Shown: positions 39,932 through 50,288 of the stretch, in pieces
Layout: the number at the start of each line of letters is the position of its first letter
How positions within the stretch are numbered: the stretch's first letter is position 1
From: a bacterium
Lineage (GTDB): Bacteria; Patescibacteriota; Dojkabacteria; GCA-016699595
NCBI GenBank assembly: GCA_016699595.1
Contig: CP064982.1
Coordinates: forward strand, 643,118-707,117
DNA length: 64,000 nt
Direction: 5' to 3'
Translations under genes and position numbers: made by a program
Notes under the pieces: generated by a model
What the model was told of the DNA's origin: nothing
Database searches by the model: none
The model's input: only the letters and a program-made list of their open reading frames with translations

Positions 39932-40777
39932 GTGATGAATACTTTTAACTCAATTAATGTCACCAATTTCGATTTGGATAAAACGCTTACAAGTGGACAG
40001 TTTTTTGTTTGGGAAAAATCTAATGAATACTGGGTCGGTGCTACAATAGATGGTTTAATAGTGTTATTGCAACCAAATGAACACACTATCTTGTGGCAAA
40101 CATACCCCGAAAACAATAATCTTTCGCTTGTTACTAGATATCTTCGATTAGATTTTGACATAGATCCATTAGCAATTGCATTATCTAAGGATGCCTATAC
40201 GAAAAAAGCATATGATAAATATCGAGGACTACGCTTACTGAGGCAAAATGTTCACGAAGCTACAATCTCTTTCATTGTATCGGCCAACAACAATATTCCT
40301 GCAATTCGGAAGTCGATTAAGAAACTATCTACTATGTGTAATAGATCTGTATTATTTCAGAATAAAGAATACTATTTATTTCCTAAAATAAGTGCAATTG
40401 CTGAACTATCTATAGAGGAATTGAAGACTTGTTCATTTGGATATCGTGCAAAATATATAAAAGAAAGCGCTGCCAGGCTTATTACTTGGAATCTGGAAAA
40501 CTTCACACGTGAGAATGAAGCCACAATCCGAAATGATTTACTCACATTACCGGGAGTAGGCAATAAGGTAGCCGATTGCGTTCTATGCTACGCATTGGGG
40601 TTTGATAATGTAACGCCACTAGATGTGTGGGGACAAAGGATCCTGACGCAGTATTATGACATTGATCCAAAACTCTCGTATGAGAAAATGCGTAATTGGA
40701 CGCAAGAAAAGTTTTTTGGCTATGCAGCTTGGGCAGGGCAATATTTATTTGAATATATCCGTAATTCTTCCAAATAA
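39932..40777 (+). CDS. MutM/Nei-family (Fpg/Nei-like) bifunctional DNA glycosylase/AP lyase
   Basis: 281-aa ORF in a cluster of base-excision-repair genes with xth at 46099-46872 and a Nudix hydrolase at 45536-46102. The call corrects my first reading of the motifs LTSGQFFVWEKS, LLRQNVHEATISFIVSANNNIPAI and LPGVGNKVADCVL..TPLDVW as an OGG1-type HhH-GPD enzyme. Confidence 0.7.
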   Translation: MMNTFNSINVTNFDLDKTLTSGQFFVWEKSNEYWVGATIDGLIVLLQPNEHTILWQTYPENNNLSLVTRYLRLDFDIDPLAIALSKDAYTKKAYDKYRGLRLLRQNVHEATISFIVSANNNIPAIRKSIKKLSTMCNRSVLFQNKEYYLFPKISAIAELSIEELKTCSFGYRAKYIKESAARLITWNLENFTRENEATIRNDLLTLPGVGNKVADCVLCYALGFDNVTPLDVWGQRILTQYYDIDPKLSYEKMRNWTQEKFFGYAAWAGQYLFEYIRNSSK

Positions 40778-41052
40778 ATAACACATAAAAAACTTCATAA
40801 CAAAAAATATTAAACTTATCTTGCTCTTGCTTGTAATTCTGATTTGTTCAATTACTGCTATCTTATTTCTAAGTAATGGTGGTATCAGCAATGGTGTGAA
40901 CACTAGGAGTCGAAATATAGTAACCTTTTCCGAAACCTCTGGAGATTCTGCTCAAATCTCTCAAGCATACACAAGTGTTGTACTTTTCGTATATGATATT
41001 ATATTTTGGCAATTTACAAATTACTAATTTTGCAAATTAGAAACAATATTTT

Positions 41053-41478
41053 ATGATTATAAATTTTCATCCTAAAGAAATAGAAAGTAAACTTGGAGTT
41101 CAAGTTATTTCAGAATTAAATAAAGATAATAAACATCAAGTTTTTCATTCAACTGATAAATCAAAACAAGAATGGCAAGATATTATTAGATCAGAAGAAG
41201 AACTTCATTTGGTTGCTCCAGTTTATTGGTGGGGTTTTAGTTATAATTTTGATAAATGGGTTCAAGACGTGATTGCTTATGGTTTTGCATTTTTATTTGA
41301 TGAAACTGGAAAAAAAGGTTTGATGAATGGTAGAAAGTTTAATGTGCATTTAACTCATGGACATACACCAGATGGAGATCCTACAATGAAAGAAAATTTA
41401 GAGGAAAGACTTCGAACTGGAATATTTAACTATGTTGGAGCTGAAGTTGAGATAATTTGGTACATGGTACAAAGATAA
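41053..41478 (+). CDS. MazG-like NTP pyrophosphohydrolase
   Basis: 141-aa ORF immediately downstream of the Fpg/Nei-family glycosylase gene. The call corrects my first reading of INFHP..LVAPVYWWGFSYNFDKWVQDV as a flavodoxin-like NAD(P)H oxidoreductase motif. Confidence 0.5.
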   Translation: MIINFHPKEIESKLGVQVISELNKDNKHQVFHSTDKSKQEWQDIIRSEEELHLVAPVYWWGFSYNFDKWVQDVIAYGFAFLFDETGKKGLMNGRKFNVHLTHGHTPDGDPTMKENLEERLRTGIFNYVGAEVEIIWYMVQR

Positions 41479-41509
41479 AGTTATTCAATAAAATTGAATT
41501 CAAAATATT

Positions 41510-41953
41510 ATGCAAATACAAGATTATTTTCATGAAGCTTTTCAAGTTTCAGGATACAACTTTACAATTCAAAAATCTGAAATGACTTCTCAAATTCAAG
41601 AAATTTGGGCTAAGTTTAGGACTTCAGACTTACTTTCAAAAATAGAGAATGTCGAAAATGGTTCTCTACATGCTGTTTATCATAATTATAATTCAGAAAG
41701 TTTTGATATGCTGATTGGACTTTTGACTAAGAAAGATTCAATACAGTCAAGCTCAGAAATTACAACTTTGCAAATTCCAGATCAAAAGTATAAATTTGTT
41801 GAGCTAGATTTTATTGGTCCAGATTCTGTTGCTGAAGCTTGGAACGAGATAAATTCTAAATCTCAAGAAGAAATTGATAGAAATTATAAATATGATCTTG
41901 AGATGTATTCCCTAGATATGAAAAAGTGTTGGATTGCAGTTTCAGTTAAATGA
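41510..41953 (+). CDS. DNA-ligase-family protein with divergent motifs (second of two in this island)
   Basis: 147-aa ORF; start 31 nt after the MazG-like gene and end overlapping the next ORF by 4 nt, so operonic within the repair island. Small size and no clear enzyme motif; my first guess was a GyrI-like ligand-binding fold. Confidence 0.35.
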   Translation: MQIQDYFHEAFQVSGYNFTIQKSEMTSQIQEIWAKFRTSDLLSKIENVENGSLHAVYHNYNSESFDMLIGLLTKKDSIQSSSEITTLQIPDQKYKFVELDFIGPDSVAEAWNEINSKSQEEIDRNYKYDLEMYSLDMKKCWIAVSVK

Positions 41954-42675
41954 CAACTATTCAAAACAAGATCTTAAAACTCAAAGAAATTTGGGATTTG
42001 AACTTGATTCCTCAAGAACACAAGCATGAGGTTCATCCAAACTTAGATATTTCTGATCGGTTGAATTATACTTACTTCACTTTTCCAGTTGCACTGAATT
42101 TTCAAAGAAATTCGCCAGCTTTGTGGAAAGCTGCACTTGACACTTTTGAAGACACTGCTACAAACTATTTGTTTTATCCTGAAAAAGTTGTAGAGACTGA
42201 TATAGAGAAAGTTAGAATTGATCTAAGAAAACATAAACTATCATTGCAACCAAATAAACACACCGATATTTGGATAAAGTTAGCAAAAACTTTTCGTGAT
42301 AAATTTGAAGATGATCCTAGAATATTTTTTAAGAAATATGATTTTGATGTTGTAAAAATCAAACAAGCACTTGAAAAAGATTTGAAATCAAGCTTTCCAT
42401 ATTTATCTGGCGCTAAGATGGCAAATTATTGGTTATATATTTTGTATAATTATTCTGATGCTAAGTTTGCAAATTTAGATAAAATTAGTATAATTCCAGA
42501 TACTCATGTGATGCAATGTTCGATTCAACTTGGAATCGCAACTGAAAGTGATAGTAGGGAAGTAGTTGCTGAGAAATGGTTTGAGGTACTGAAAGGAACT
42601 AACTTGATTCCAATTGATATGCATCCAATTCTTTGGAATTGGAGTAGAAATAATTTCAAGCCGGAAATAAATTAA
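41950..42675 (+). CDS. class I SAM-dependent methyltransferase
   Basis: 241-aa ORF in the repair island, translationally coupled to the upstream 147-aa gene (4-nt overlap). The call corrects my first reading of ..FPYLSGAKMANYWLYIL..IIPDTHVMQCSIQLGI as a loose HhH-GPD glycosylase motif. Confidence 0.3.
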   Translation: MTTIQNKILKLKEIWDLNLIPQEHKHEVHPNLDISDRLNYTYFTFPVALNFQRNSPALWKAALDTFEDTATNYLFYPEKVVETDIEKVRIDLRKHKLSLQPNKHTDIWIKLAKTFRDKFEDDPRIFFKKYDFDVVKIKQALEKDLKSSFPYLSGAKMANYWLYILYNYSDAKFANLDKISIIPDTHVMQCSIQLGIATESDSREVVAEKWFEVLKGTNLIPIDMHPILWNWSRNNFKPEIN

Positions 42676-42698
42676 AAATTTTTATATAAATTAAAATT

Positions 42699-42899
42699 AT
42701 GAACTCAACAAATCCAAATTCAACAACTCAAAACCTAGAAGATTCTGAGATGAATCAAGCACAAGCACTTTCTCAAACTGAAGAAACTAAACCTCAAGAA
42801 TCAAAACCGGATGGTTACTATGGAGATTATGCTGACTTATCTGATGCTGAATTAGATTTAAGTTTTCTTGATGATGAAAAACCTGCAGATGCAGAATAA
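42699..42899 (+). CDS. small acidic protein, hypothetical
   Basis: 66 aa, strongly acidic (..DYADLSDAELDLSFLDDEKPADAE). Its stop overlaps the likely ATG of the downstream GT4 gene (ATGCAGAATAA), suggesting translational coupling. Confidence 0.3.
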   Translation: MNSTNPNSTTQNLEDSEMNQAQALSQTEETKPQESKPDGYYGDYADLSDAELDLSFLDDEKPADAE

Positions 42900-44187
42900 A
42901 TTAAGAATTGCATTAGTTGTTCCGCATATTTTCATGCAAAATGGATTTGAGGAAACTCTAATTTTTGCTCCCGGAAAACTTGCAATTGATTTAGCTAGAA
43001 ACTTATCAAAACTTGGAGTTGAGGTGCATTTTTTTACTCCAGACCTGCAAATTCCTGAGGTTGAAAATTATAATGTTGATCTGAACAAGTTTTACGAGAT
43101 TGCAAGTGAGAAAACAAATAACCACTTCAATCCTTCGGACAGCTTCCCAAAGGGAGCAATAAATCAGAATGATATTTTAGATTATTCTCAAAAACAAAAG
43201 TTAGAATTACTTCAAGAATTTTTGAAAAAACATCCATTAACTTGTATAACTTTATCTCGGCAAGTATTAACCGAACTTATTTCAAAAGCATATGAACTTG
43301 GCAATTTTGGTGAGTTTGATTTGATTCACTTTTTTACAGCAGAAGAAGAAATTGCTCCAGCATTTGCAAAGTTATCCAAAGTTCCTGTTTGTTTTACGCA
43401 TCACGAACCGTTTGATTTTCTTGCTAAATACAAGTCCCAATTTGAAAAATATAAAGACCTAAATTGGATCTCAATTTCTAACTCTCAACAAAAATCATTA
43501 CCTCAAGGAAACTTTATTGCAAATGTTTATAATGGTTTTGATAATGAATTTGATTTTGAGAACCAGAGGCAAAACCTTCCGTCTTCTCACCTTGTTCAAA
43601 GCCACCTTCCTATAGGGAAGGACAATAAAGATATTGACTTACTTTATATCGGAAGAATCATCAAACCCAAAGGCGTTTCTTTAGCTGTAAAATTGGCTGA
43701 AAAGTACAATCTAAAGCTGAAAATAGTTGGTAAATATTATTCTGGGTTTGGCAATGACAACTATTTTGAAGAAGAAATAAAGCCTTTTTTATCTCAAGAT
43801 ATTGAGTATTTAGGCTATATTTCAGGTTTGAAAACAAAGTCAGAACTTATGGCAAGGTCAAAATGTTTGATAATGCCATCAATTTGGGAAGAACCATTTG
43901 GGATGGTAATGATTGAAGCAATGTCAGTTGGAACGCCGGTTTTAGGTTTAGATTCTGGATCAATTCCGGAAGTTATCAAAAATGATGTTTCTGGGATTGT
44001 AGTTGAAAAGAAGATGTCTGATCCTTTTCATATGGATGAGATTGGAATTGTGGATTGGTTGTACGATGGGTTTCAAAAAGTTGTGAAGTTAGATAGTGAG
44101 AAAGTTTACGAACATTACAAACAAAACTTTACGGTTGAAAAAATGGCAAAAGGATATTTGGAAGTGTATGAAAGGCTTTTAGATTAA
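42868..44187 (+). CDS. DNA-ligase-family protein with divergent motifs
   Basis: One of two DNA-ligase-family ORFs in this window. The call replaces my first GT4 reading of the C-terminal IMPSIWEEPFGMVMIEAMSVGTPVLGLDSGSIPEV. The real start is probably the Met of MQNKLRIALVVP near 42892. Confidence 0.75.
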   Translation: MMMKNLQMQNKLRIALVVPHIFMQNGFEETLIFAPGKLAIDLARNLSKLGVEVHFFTPDLQIPEVENYNVDLNKFYEIASEKTNNHFNPSDSFPKGAINQNDILDYSQKQKLELLQEFLKKHPLTCITLSRQVLTELISKAYELGNFGEFDLIHFFTAEEEIAPAFAKLSKVPVCFTHHEPFDFLAKYKSQFEKYKDLNWISISNSQQKSLPQGNFIANVYNGFDNEFDFENQRQNLPSSHLVQSHLPIGKDNKDIDLLYIGRIIKPKGVSLAVKLAEKYNLKLKIVGKYYSGFGNDNYFEEEIKPFLSQDIEYLGYISGLKTKSELMARSKCLIMPSIWEEPFGMVMIEAMSVGTPVLGLDSGSIPEVIKNDVSGIVVEKKMSDPFHMDEIGIVDWLYDGFQKVVKLDSEKVYEHYKQNFTVEKMAKGYLEVYERLLD

Positions 44188-44530
44188 ACTCAACCTTTGA
44201 TAATTCTTTATATCTTCAACGATTTTATTTGCAATTTGTGTGAGGCGGTCAATAACAAACCTGTCTCCAAACCTATAATTCCTACTCTAAATTCAGGTAA
44301 TTCCATATTATCAATTTTAACAAATAGTATTGGATATTTATAAGCATCATCTGGTGGCATTGAAATGCAAGTATCTTCTTTATTCAGCAAAATGCTTGAA
44401 GTTAATTGAGATGCTGCTGATTTACTAACTTCAGTAAGTAATTTACTTAGAATTTGTGTCGTAATACCTGCAAGTTTATGATTCTGATTATTTTGATCTT
44501 CAATAACAGATAATTTTATTTCATATGAAA

Positions 44531-45496
44531 TTATGTCATGATACCTATACTTGTCAATATAACCTTAGAATTTAACAAATAATCTCTCGTCCTCACAAAA
44601 TGTTCATTTTCACCCAAAAATTCATATGGATTATGCTTTAAGAATTTATAAAAATCATAAATCAAATAAAAGATCAGCAACTTTTCAACTAAATTTATAT
44701 CAAAACTATTTCCATAACTTGCCAAAAACTTCTCTCTAACTTCATGCTCAAGTTTGTATTTTGAATCAATTATCAAAAAAACCAAAGTCCTTGCTATGTC
44801 AAATTCAACTTTTCCTAAACTCATCTTCTCAAAATCTATAATACCAACTATTCTGTTTTGATCTTCATCCCAAATGATGTTTCCTCTTACAAAATCCATA
44901 TGCAAAACTTTATTTTCACTTTCAATTTGCGAAACCAGACTTTCTAATTTTTCAAAATTTACATTCAAAATTATTCCTAACTTTTTGTACATAGCAAGTT
45001 TCACTTCAAGCCTCGCAAAATAACTCTTCATTTCTCTTGTTTGATCTAAGCAAATTTGTTTTTGTGGATATAACTTTGAAAGTAACCTTCGATCAAAGTT
45101 TAGTGCTTCAAAACCTAAATGTAACTCAGCAAGACACTTCCCAATCTGTTTAAGCCGACTGCTTGTATAATTTTCCCAAGAAATAGTTTGACCTTCAATA
45201 TAGTTATACAAACAAGCCAAAGTTTCAAAGTTATTCTTTTTATTTATAATCTGAATAATCCTAGATTTTGGATAGCGAATTTGAAAACTTAAATTTAACT
45301 TTGCAAGTTCTGAGCAGGCTTTATTTTGAATTTGGATTGTTTCGATTGAACCAATTTCATTATTAAAAATAACTAGGTTAAGTATTTCATTTTGGGTAAC
45401 CAATTTATAATTAGAATTTCGATAACCACGATAGGGACCCGAGATAGTATTAACTTTGAGATTGAGTTTTTTGATAATTTTCAAAACTAGTTCCAT
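44531..45496 (-). CDS. protein-kinase-like phosphotransferase (APH / choline-kinase / CotS family)
   Basis: KVLHMDFVRGNIIWDEDQNRIVGIIDFEKMSLGKVEFDIARTL contains the catalytic HxDxxxxN loop and the DFE motif of the family. Confidence 0.65.
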   Translation of the reverse strand: MELVLKIIKKLNLKVNTISGPYRGYRNSNYKLVTQNEILNLVIFNNEIGSIETIQIQNKACSELAKLNLSFQIRYPKSRIIQIINKKNNFETLACLYNYIEGQTISWENYTSSRLKQIGKCLAELHLGFEALNFDRRLLSKLYPQKQICLDQTREMKSYFARLEVKLAMYKKLGIILNVNFEKLESLVSQIESENKVLHMDFVRGNIIWDEDQNRIVGIIDFEKMSLGKVEFDIARTLVFLIIDSKYKLEHEVREKFLASYGNSFDINLVEKLLIFYLIYDFYKFLKHNPYEFLGENEHFVRTRDYLLNSKVILTSIGIMT

Positions 45497-45535
45497 AAAT
45501 TTGATAGAATTGATTATAACTTAAACATTCATTTT

Positions 45536-46102
45536 ATGAATATCACAAATTTTCCCTATAAAAATGGACCTTGGACAATACTAAGTAGGAAACTTGCATA
45601 TGATGGTAAGTATGCAAAATTATATGAAGATGAAGTTGTAAGGCCAGATGGGACTGAAGGTATTCACATTTATTTACCTACCAAAGATGGCGTCTCAATA
45701 TTGCCTTACGATAAAGATGGAAATGTATATCTAATAAGTATCTTTCGCTACTCACACCAAGATTATTTGATTGAATTAACTGCAGGTGGAATTGATAAAG
45801 GAGAAGACCATTTGATTGCTGCTAAAAGAGAACTCAAAGAAGAAACTGGAATAGTTGGAAAGAATTATGAGCTAGTTGCAATAACTGCACCTAAATCTGA
45901 AATTTATTCTGCAAAAGATTATACATATATTTGTGAAGTTGAGAAATTTGAAGAAAACCGTATTGAAAACACAGAAAACATTAAATTGATTAAAATGAAA
46001 CTAAAAGATGCGCTGGGTATGGTAGATAAGTTGGAAATATTTCAGGCTTCTGCAATTATTGCTTTACTTAAATTAAAAGATAAATTTAACAAAACCTCAT
46101 GA
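45536..46102 (+). CDS. Nudix hydrolase (ADP-ribose pyrophosphatase-like)
   Basis: Nudix box AGGIDKGEDHLIAAKRELKEETGIVG. Confidence 0.8.
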   Translation: MNITNFPYKNGPWTILSRKLAYDGKYAKLYEDEVVRPDGTEGIHIYLPTKDGVSILPYDKDGNVYLISIFRYSHQDYLIELTAGGIDKGEDHLIAAKRELKEETGIVGKNYELVAITAPKSEIYSAKDYTYICEVEKFEENRIENTENIKLIKMKLKDALGMVDKLEIFQASAIIALLKLKDKFNKTS

Positions 46103-46872
46103 AAATAATTACTTGGAATGTAAATGGACTTCGAGCTTGTATCAAAAAAGGCTTTGAAAGTTCAATTCAAAAACTAAACCCAGACATTCTCTTGATTCAA
46201 GAGCTTCGCGCTGACAGGTCCCAAATTCTATATGATATGAAAGGTTATACTGAGTTTTATAATACTGGAAACAGGCCAGGTTACTCAGGGACTTTGGCAT
46301 TATATAAAGAAAGTATTAAACCAATATCTCAAAGTATTACTACAGAGATTAAGCAACTTTCAGAATATGAACAAGAAGGTAGAGTACAAAGTTTGGAATT
46401 TGAAAACTTCTACTTAGTAAATGTTTATACTCCAAATTCAAGAAGAGATCTTACAAGACTAGACTTGAGATATAGAACTTGGGATCCACTATTTTTGGAG
46501 TTCGTAAAGGCCTTAGAATCAAGAAAACCTGTCATATTTGCTGGAGATCTAAATGTTGCGCCTGAAGAAATTGACTTGGCTAACCCTACAACAAATCATA
46601 GGAGCGCAGGTTTTACTGATGAAGAAAGAGAAGGCTTTCATAATTATATAAACTCAGGATTCGCTGATGTGTTTCGAAATTTTGATAATTCTGCTGAAAA
46701 GTATACTTGGTGGTCAAACTTTTTCAACAGCCGTTCAAGAAATGTTGGTTGGAGAATTGATCACTTTTTAGCAAGTGAAAAATTAATTAAAAATATTAAA
46801 ACTTGTGTTATCCATCCTGATGTAATGGGATCTGATCATTGTCCCGTGGAAATTGAATTAAATATAGATTGA
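46099..46872 (+). CDS. xth: exodeoxyribonuclease III (AP endonuclease)
   Basis: MKIITWNVNGLRA..PDILLIQELRAD..FAGDLNVAPEEID..WRIDHFLAS..GSDHCPV. Confidence 0.9.
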   Translation: MKIITWNVNGLRACIKKGFESSIQKLNPDILLIQELRADRSQILYDMKGYTEFYNTGNRPGYSGTLALYKESIKPISQSITTEIKQLSEYEQEGRVQSLEFENFYLVNVYTPNSRRDLTRLDLRYRTWDPLFLEFVKALESRKPVIFAGDLNVAPEEIDLANPTTNHRSAGFTDEEREGFHNYINSGFADVFRNFDNSAEKYTWWSNFFNSRSRNVGWRIDHFLASEKLIKNIKTCVIHPDVMGSDHCPVEIELNID

Positions 46873-46891
46873 ATCTATTAAAATTATTCTT

Positions 46892-48313
46892 GTGCAAACT
46901 CAACTTGATTCAGGTCAATTTTCAAAAACGAATACACTCTCAACCGTTACTACTCTACCTCCAGACTTTACCTTAACTCCTGAGTTTAAAAGTGCTTTTG
47001 AGCTTATGGAGAATACACAAGATACTATTTTTTTAACTGGTCGAGCAGGAACTGGAAAGTCAACATTACTTTCATATTTTAGACAAAATTCAAAGAAAAA
47101 TATTGCAGTCGTTTCTCCAACTGGAATTGCAGCTATGAATATTGGTGGACAAACTATACATTCCTTTTTTGATTTTCCGCTAACTTATATAGACCCGCAA
47201 GCAATTCATAGTTCAAGAAAACTTAAAGCAATTTATGAAAACATAGAAACAATTGTAGTTGATGAAATTTCGATGGTTCGAGCTGATATGCTTGATGGAA
47301 TGGATAAAGCATTGAGAGTGAACAAAAATTCTACTCAACTTTTTGGTGGAGTTCAAATGATTTTTATAGGCGATCTTTTTCAACTTCCCCCTGTCGTTGC
47401 TGACGATAATTCAAAACGATACCTGGCAGAACGTTATGACACTCCATATTTCTTTTCAGCTAAAGTTTTTTCTCAAAGTGACCAAGCTGATATATTTGAT
47501 AAACCATTTATAGATAATTTGAGATATGTTGAACTTGAAAGTATTTTCAGGCAAAAAGATATTGATTTTAAAAATGTTTTGAATAGAATCAGAGTTGGTA
47601 AAGTTGAAGAGCAAGATTTAGATTTATTAAATACTAGACTAATTCATATACCGTTTAATGTTGCTAATACAGGGGTTCAACATGTTGAATCATTACAAAC
47701 TGAACCAATTACTTTGACAACCACAAATAAAGTTGCAAATAATATTAATACAATAAGGTTAGAGGAAATAAATTCAAAAGAATTTATTTATAACGCTGAT
47801 ATTTCTGGAGATTATCCTGAGAAAAGTTATCCAACCGACCTGGACTTAAAGTTAAAAATTGGAGCTCAAGTTATGATGCTCAAAAATGACCAAGAGAGGC
47901 GATTTGTAAATGGAAGCTTAGGAGTTATAGATTACCTAGATCCAAACTCCGTTTCAGTTCGAATCGGGGAAGTTAGTTACAAGATTGAAAAATCTGATTG
48001 GAGAGTTATAGAATATGGTTGGAGTAGTGAAAGTAAACGACTTGAAGAAGTTGAAAAGGGAAGTTTTCATCAATACCCACTCAAACTTGCTTGGGCAGTA
48101 ACAATTCATAAATCTCAAGGTCAAACTTTCGATAAAGTAAAAATAAATTTAGGAACAGGAGCTTTTGCACATGGGCAACTTTATGTAGCATTATCTCGCT
48201 GCAAAAGTTTGGAAGGAATAAGTTTAACTAGAAAAGTTAATTTAAGCGACGTGATAGTAGATGCAAGAGTGCAAGAATTTGTTGGAAAGGTTAGCGTAAA
48301 GTTACTCAATTAG
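46892..48313 (+). CDS. MoxR/RavA-type AAA+ ATPase
   Basis: Walker A block IFLTGRAGTGKSTLL..VVSPTGIAAMNIGGQTIHSFF and a second ATPase block ..WAVTIHKSQGQTFDKVKINL. The call corrects my first reading of the same two blocks as PIF1/RecD-like helicase motifs. Confidence 0.8.
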   Translation: MQTQLDSGQFSKTNTLSTVTTLPPDFTLTPEFKSAFELMENTQDTIFLTGRAGTGKSTLLSYFRQNSKKNIAVVSPTGIAAMNIGGQTIHSFFDFPLTYIDPQAIHSSRKLKAIYENIETIVVDEISMVRADMLDGMDKALRVNKNSTQLFGGVQMIFIGDLFQLPPVVADDNSKRYLAERYDTPYFFSAKVFSQSDQADIFDKPFIDNLRYVELESIFRQKDIDFKNVLNRIRVGKVEEQDLDLLNTRLIHIPFNVANTGVQHVESLQTEPITLTTTNKVANNINTIRLEEINSKEFIYNADISGDYPEKSYPTDLDLKLKIGAQVMMLKNDQERRFVNGSLGVIDYLDPNSVSVRIGEVSYKIEKSDWRVIEYGWSSESKRLEEVEKGSFHQYPLKLAWAVTIHKSQGQTFDKVKINLGTGAFAHGQLYVALSRCKSLEGISLTRKVNLSDVIVDARVQEFVGKVSVKLLN

Positions 48314-48502
48314 ATATAGTGATTAACTAGTAAAATAAAATACCCGTTGAATATCAGCCTCTCTAAATTTGATATAAATTTATTAACTTCAAATTTAGCT
48401 TTCAAAACTTTGCAATCAAGTAATGAATTATGTGCATTTGAGTTTGTATTTTCATAAAATGAGCCGAAGTAATGACAAAAGTTATGCTAAAATTACTACT
48501 TA

Positions 48503-49996
48503 ATGTCAAACTATAAAACATACATAGGACTTGAAGTCCATATACAATCAAAAACAAAATCAAAGATGTTTTGCTCATGTGATGCGAATTATTTCGGAGC
48601 AGAACCAAATACTCATACCTGTCCAGTTTGTCTTGGAATGCCTGGAGCATTACCAGTTGCAAATAAAGTTGCGATTGAAAAATGTATCAAATTGGCACTC
48701 GCTCTAAATTGCAATGTAAACCAACTAACTAAGTTTGATCGAAAAAATTATTTTTATCCAGATCTTCCAAAAGCTTATCAAATTTCTCAATATGATTTAC
48801 CAATTGGCGAAAATGGATACTTAGAAATTTCTGGAGGTGAAACTGATGATGATAAAACTAGAATTCGAATTCGTCGAGTTCATCAAGAAGAAGATACTGC
48901 AAAATCAATTCATTCAAACTTAGGTTCTGCAATTGATTGCAATAAGTCAGGAGTTCCACTAGTTGAAGTTGTGACTGAACCAGATTTTGAAAATTCTGAT
49001 CAAGTTTTGGAGTTTGCAAGAAAGCTTCAGCAAGTTGTAAGATATTGTGAAATTTCAGATGCGAATATGGAAATGGGTCAAATGAGATTTGAACTAAATA
49101 TTTCAGTTGGATTAACCCACCCCGTTCCTACGGAACACCCCTCCCAAGATAGGAATAAATTGCCGAATTACAAAGTTGAGGTAAAAAATATATCATCTAT
49201 TTCGATTTTGCAAAAAGTTATAGAATTTGAAGAAAAAAGACAAAGAGAATTACTCGAACAAAATCAAACTCCAATTCAAGAAACTCGTGGAATTGATGAT
49301 CTAACCGGAGAAACTTATTCTCAGCGTGTAAAAGAAGATGCTGAAGATTATCGATATTTTCCAGAACCTGATTTACCAATTATCAAAATTGCAGATGAAG
49401 AACTTACAAGAATAAATAATTCTATTCCTGAGCTTCCAGATCAAAAACTAATAAGATATACTACAAAATTGTTTTTGCCACAAGATCAAGCAGAAATCAT
49501 AATATCTGAAATTGCAAAAATGAAGTTCTTTGAAAGTGTAATTATAGATCATTCTGAAGATCCTGAGTTTATAAAACAAAGTGCAAACTTTATAGTTGGA
49601 GAATTATCAGCATTACTTAAAAAACGAAGCGAAGAATTTGAAAGTATGAAGTTATCGCAAGTTCAACTTTCTCAAATTATAGAACTTCTTATCCAAAATC
49701 AAATTTCTGGAGCAACTGTAAAAAAGCTTTTAGAAACATATCTAAATGGAGAAAGTATTGCAATTTCAGAATATGTAGAAAAAAATGATTTAATTCAAAT
49801 TTCAGATGAAACTAAAATATTACCAGTAGTATTAGAAATCATTTCAAACAATTCAAAAATCGTTGAAGATTATAAGTCAGGAAAAGTTGCAGCTAAAGGA
49901 AGTTTAGTTGGACAAATTATGGCAAAATTCAAAGGCAAAGCAAATCCAAAGGTTATTGACAAGATTGTTGAAGAAGTTTTAGCAAAAGCTTTTTAG
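48503..49996 (+). CDS. gatB: Asp/Glu-tRNA amidotransferase subunit B
   Basis: YKTYIGLEVHIQSKTKSKMFCSC..PNTHTCPVCLGMPGALPV..KFDRKNYFYPDLPKAYQISQYD is a canonical GatB N-terminus. gatA and gatC are not adjacent. Confidence 0.9.
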   Translation: MSNYKTYIGLEVHIQSKTKSKMFCSCDANYFGAEPNTHTCPVCLGMPGALPVANKVAIEKCIKLALALNCNVNQLTKFDRKNYFYPDLPKAYQISQYDLPIGENGYLEISGGETDDDKTRIRIRRVHQEEDTAKSIHSNLGSAIDCNKSGVPLVEVVTEPDFENSDQVLEFARKLQQVVRYCEISDANMEMGQMRFELNISVGLTHPVPTEHPSQDRNKLPNYKVEVKNISSISILQKVIEFEEKRQRELLEQNQTPIQETRGIDDLTGETYSQRVKEDAEDYRYFPEPDLPIIKIADEELTRINNSIPELPDQKLIRYTTKLFLPQDQAEIIISEIAKMKFFESVIIDHSEDPEFIKQSANFIVGELSALLKKRSEEFESMKLSQVQLSQIIELLIQNQISGATVKKLLETYLNGESIAISEYVEKNDLIQISDETKILPVVLEIISNNSKIVEDYKSGKVAAKGSLVGQIMAKFKGKANPKVIDKIVEEVLAKAF

Positions 49997-50018
49997 CTAG
50001 AAGTCTTCTAAAGATATA

Positions 50019-50285
50019 TTATTTCAAAGTATTTCTATCTGAAATTTGGCTAGTCGAGGAGCTTCGTTCTGAACTTGAATTCCAAAAAGTCTTCGTGCTA
50101 TTTGTATTTGTAGATATTTGGATATCTTCTGAACTACCTTGCTTTGATAAATAGTCATTAACCATATTTCTTCTAACTAATGCCCAAAAAAATGAACAGC
50201 TTATACCTACAAAAGCTATAGTCAAAACTAACAAAATCACACTTTTGCTAGATATTTCTGATTTGTCATACCTTGGATCGTCCAT
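50019..50285 (-). CDS. small single-TM protein, hypothetical
   Basis: TM ILLVLTIAFVGISCSFFWALV. Immediately downstream of, and co-oriented with, the HAD-like gene. Confidence 0.3.
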   Translation of the reverse strand: MDDPRYDKSEISSKSVILLVLTIAFVGISCSFFWALVRRNMVNDYLSKQGSSEDIQISTNTNSTKTFWNSSSERSSSTSQISDRNTLK

Positions 50286-50288
50286 AAA

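Noticed and set aside
40821-41027. 68-aa ORF with one hydrophobic segment
   Set aside because: It could be a real small membrane protein, but it has no motif, its start context is weak, and it lies in a short gap. Left unannotated.
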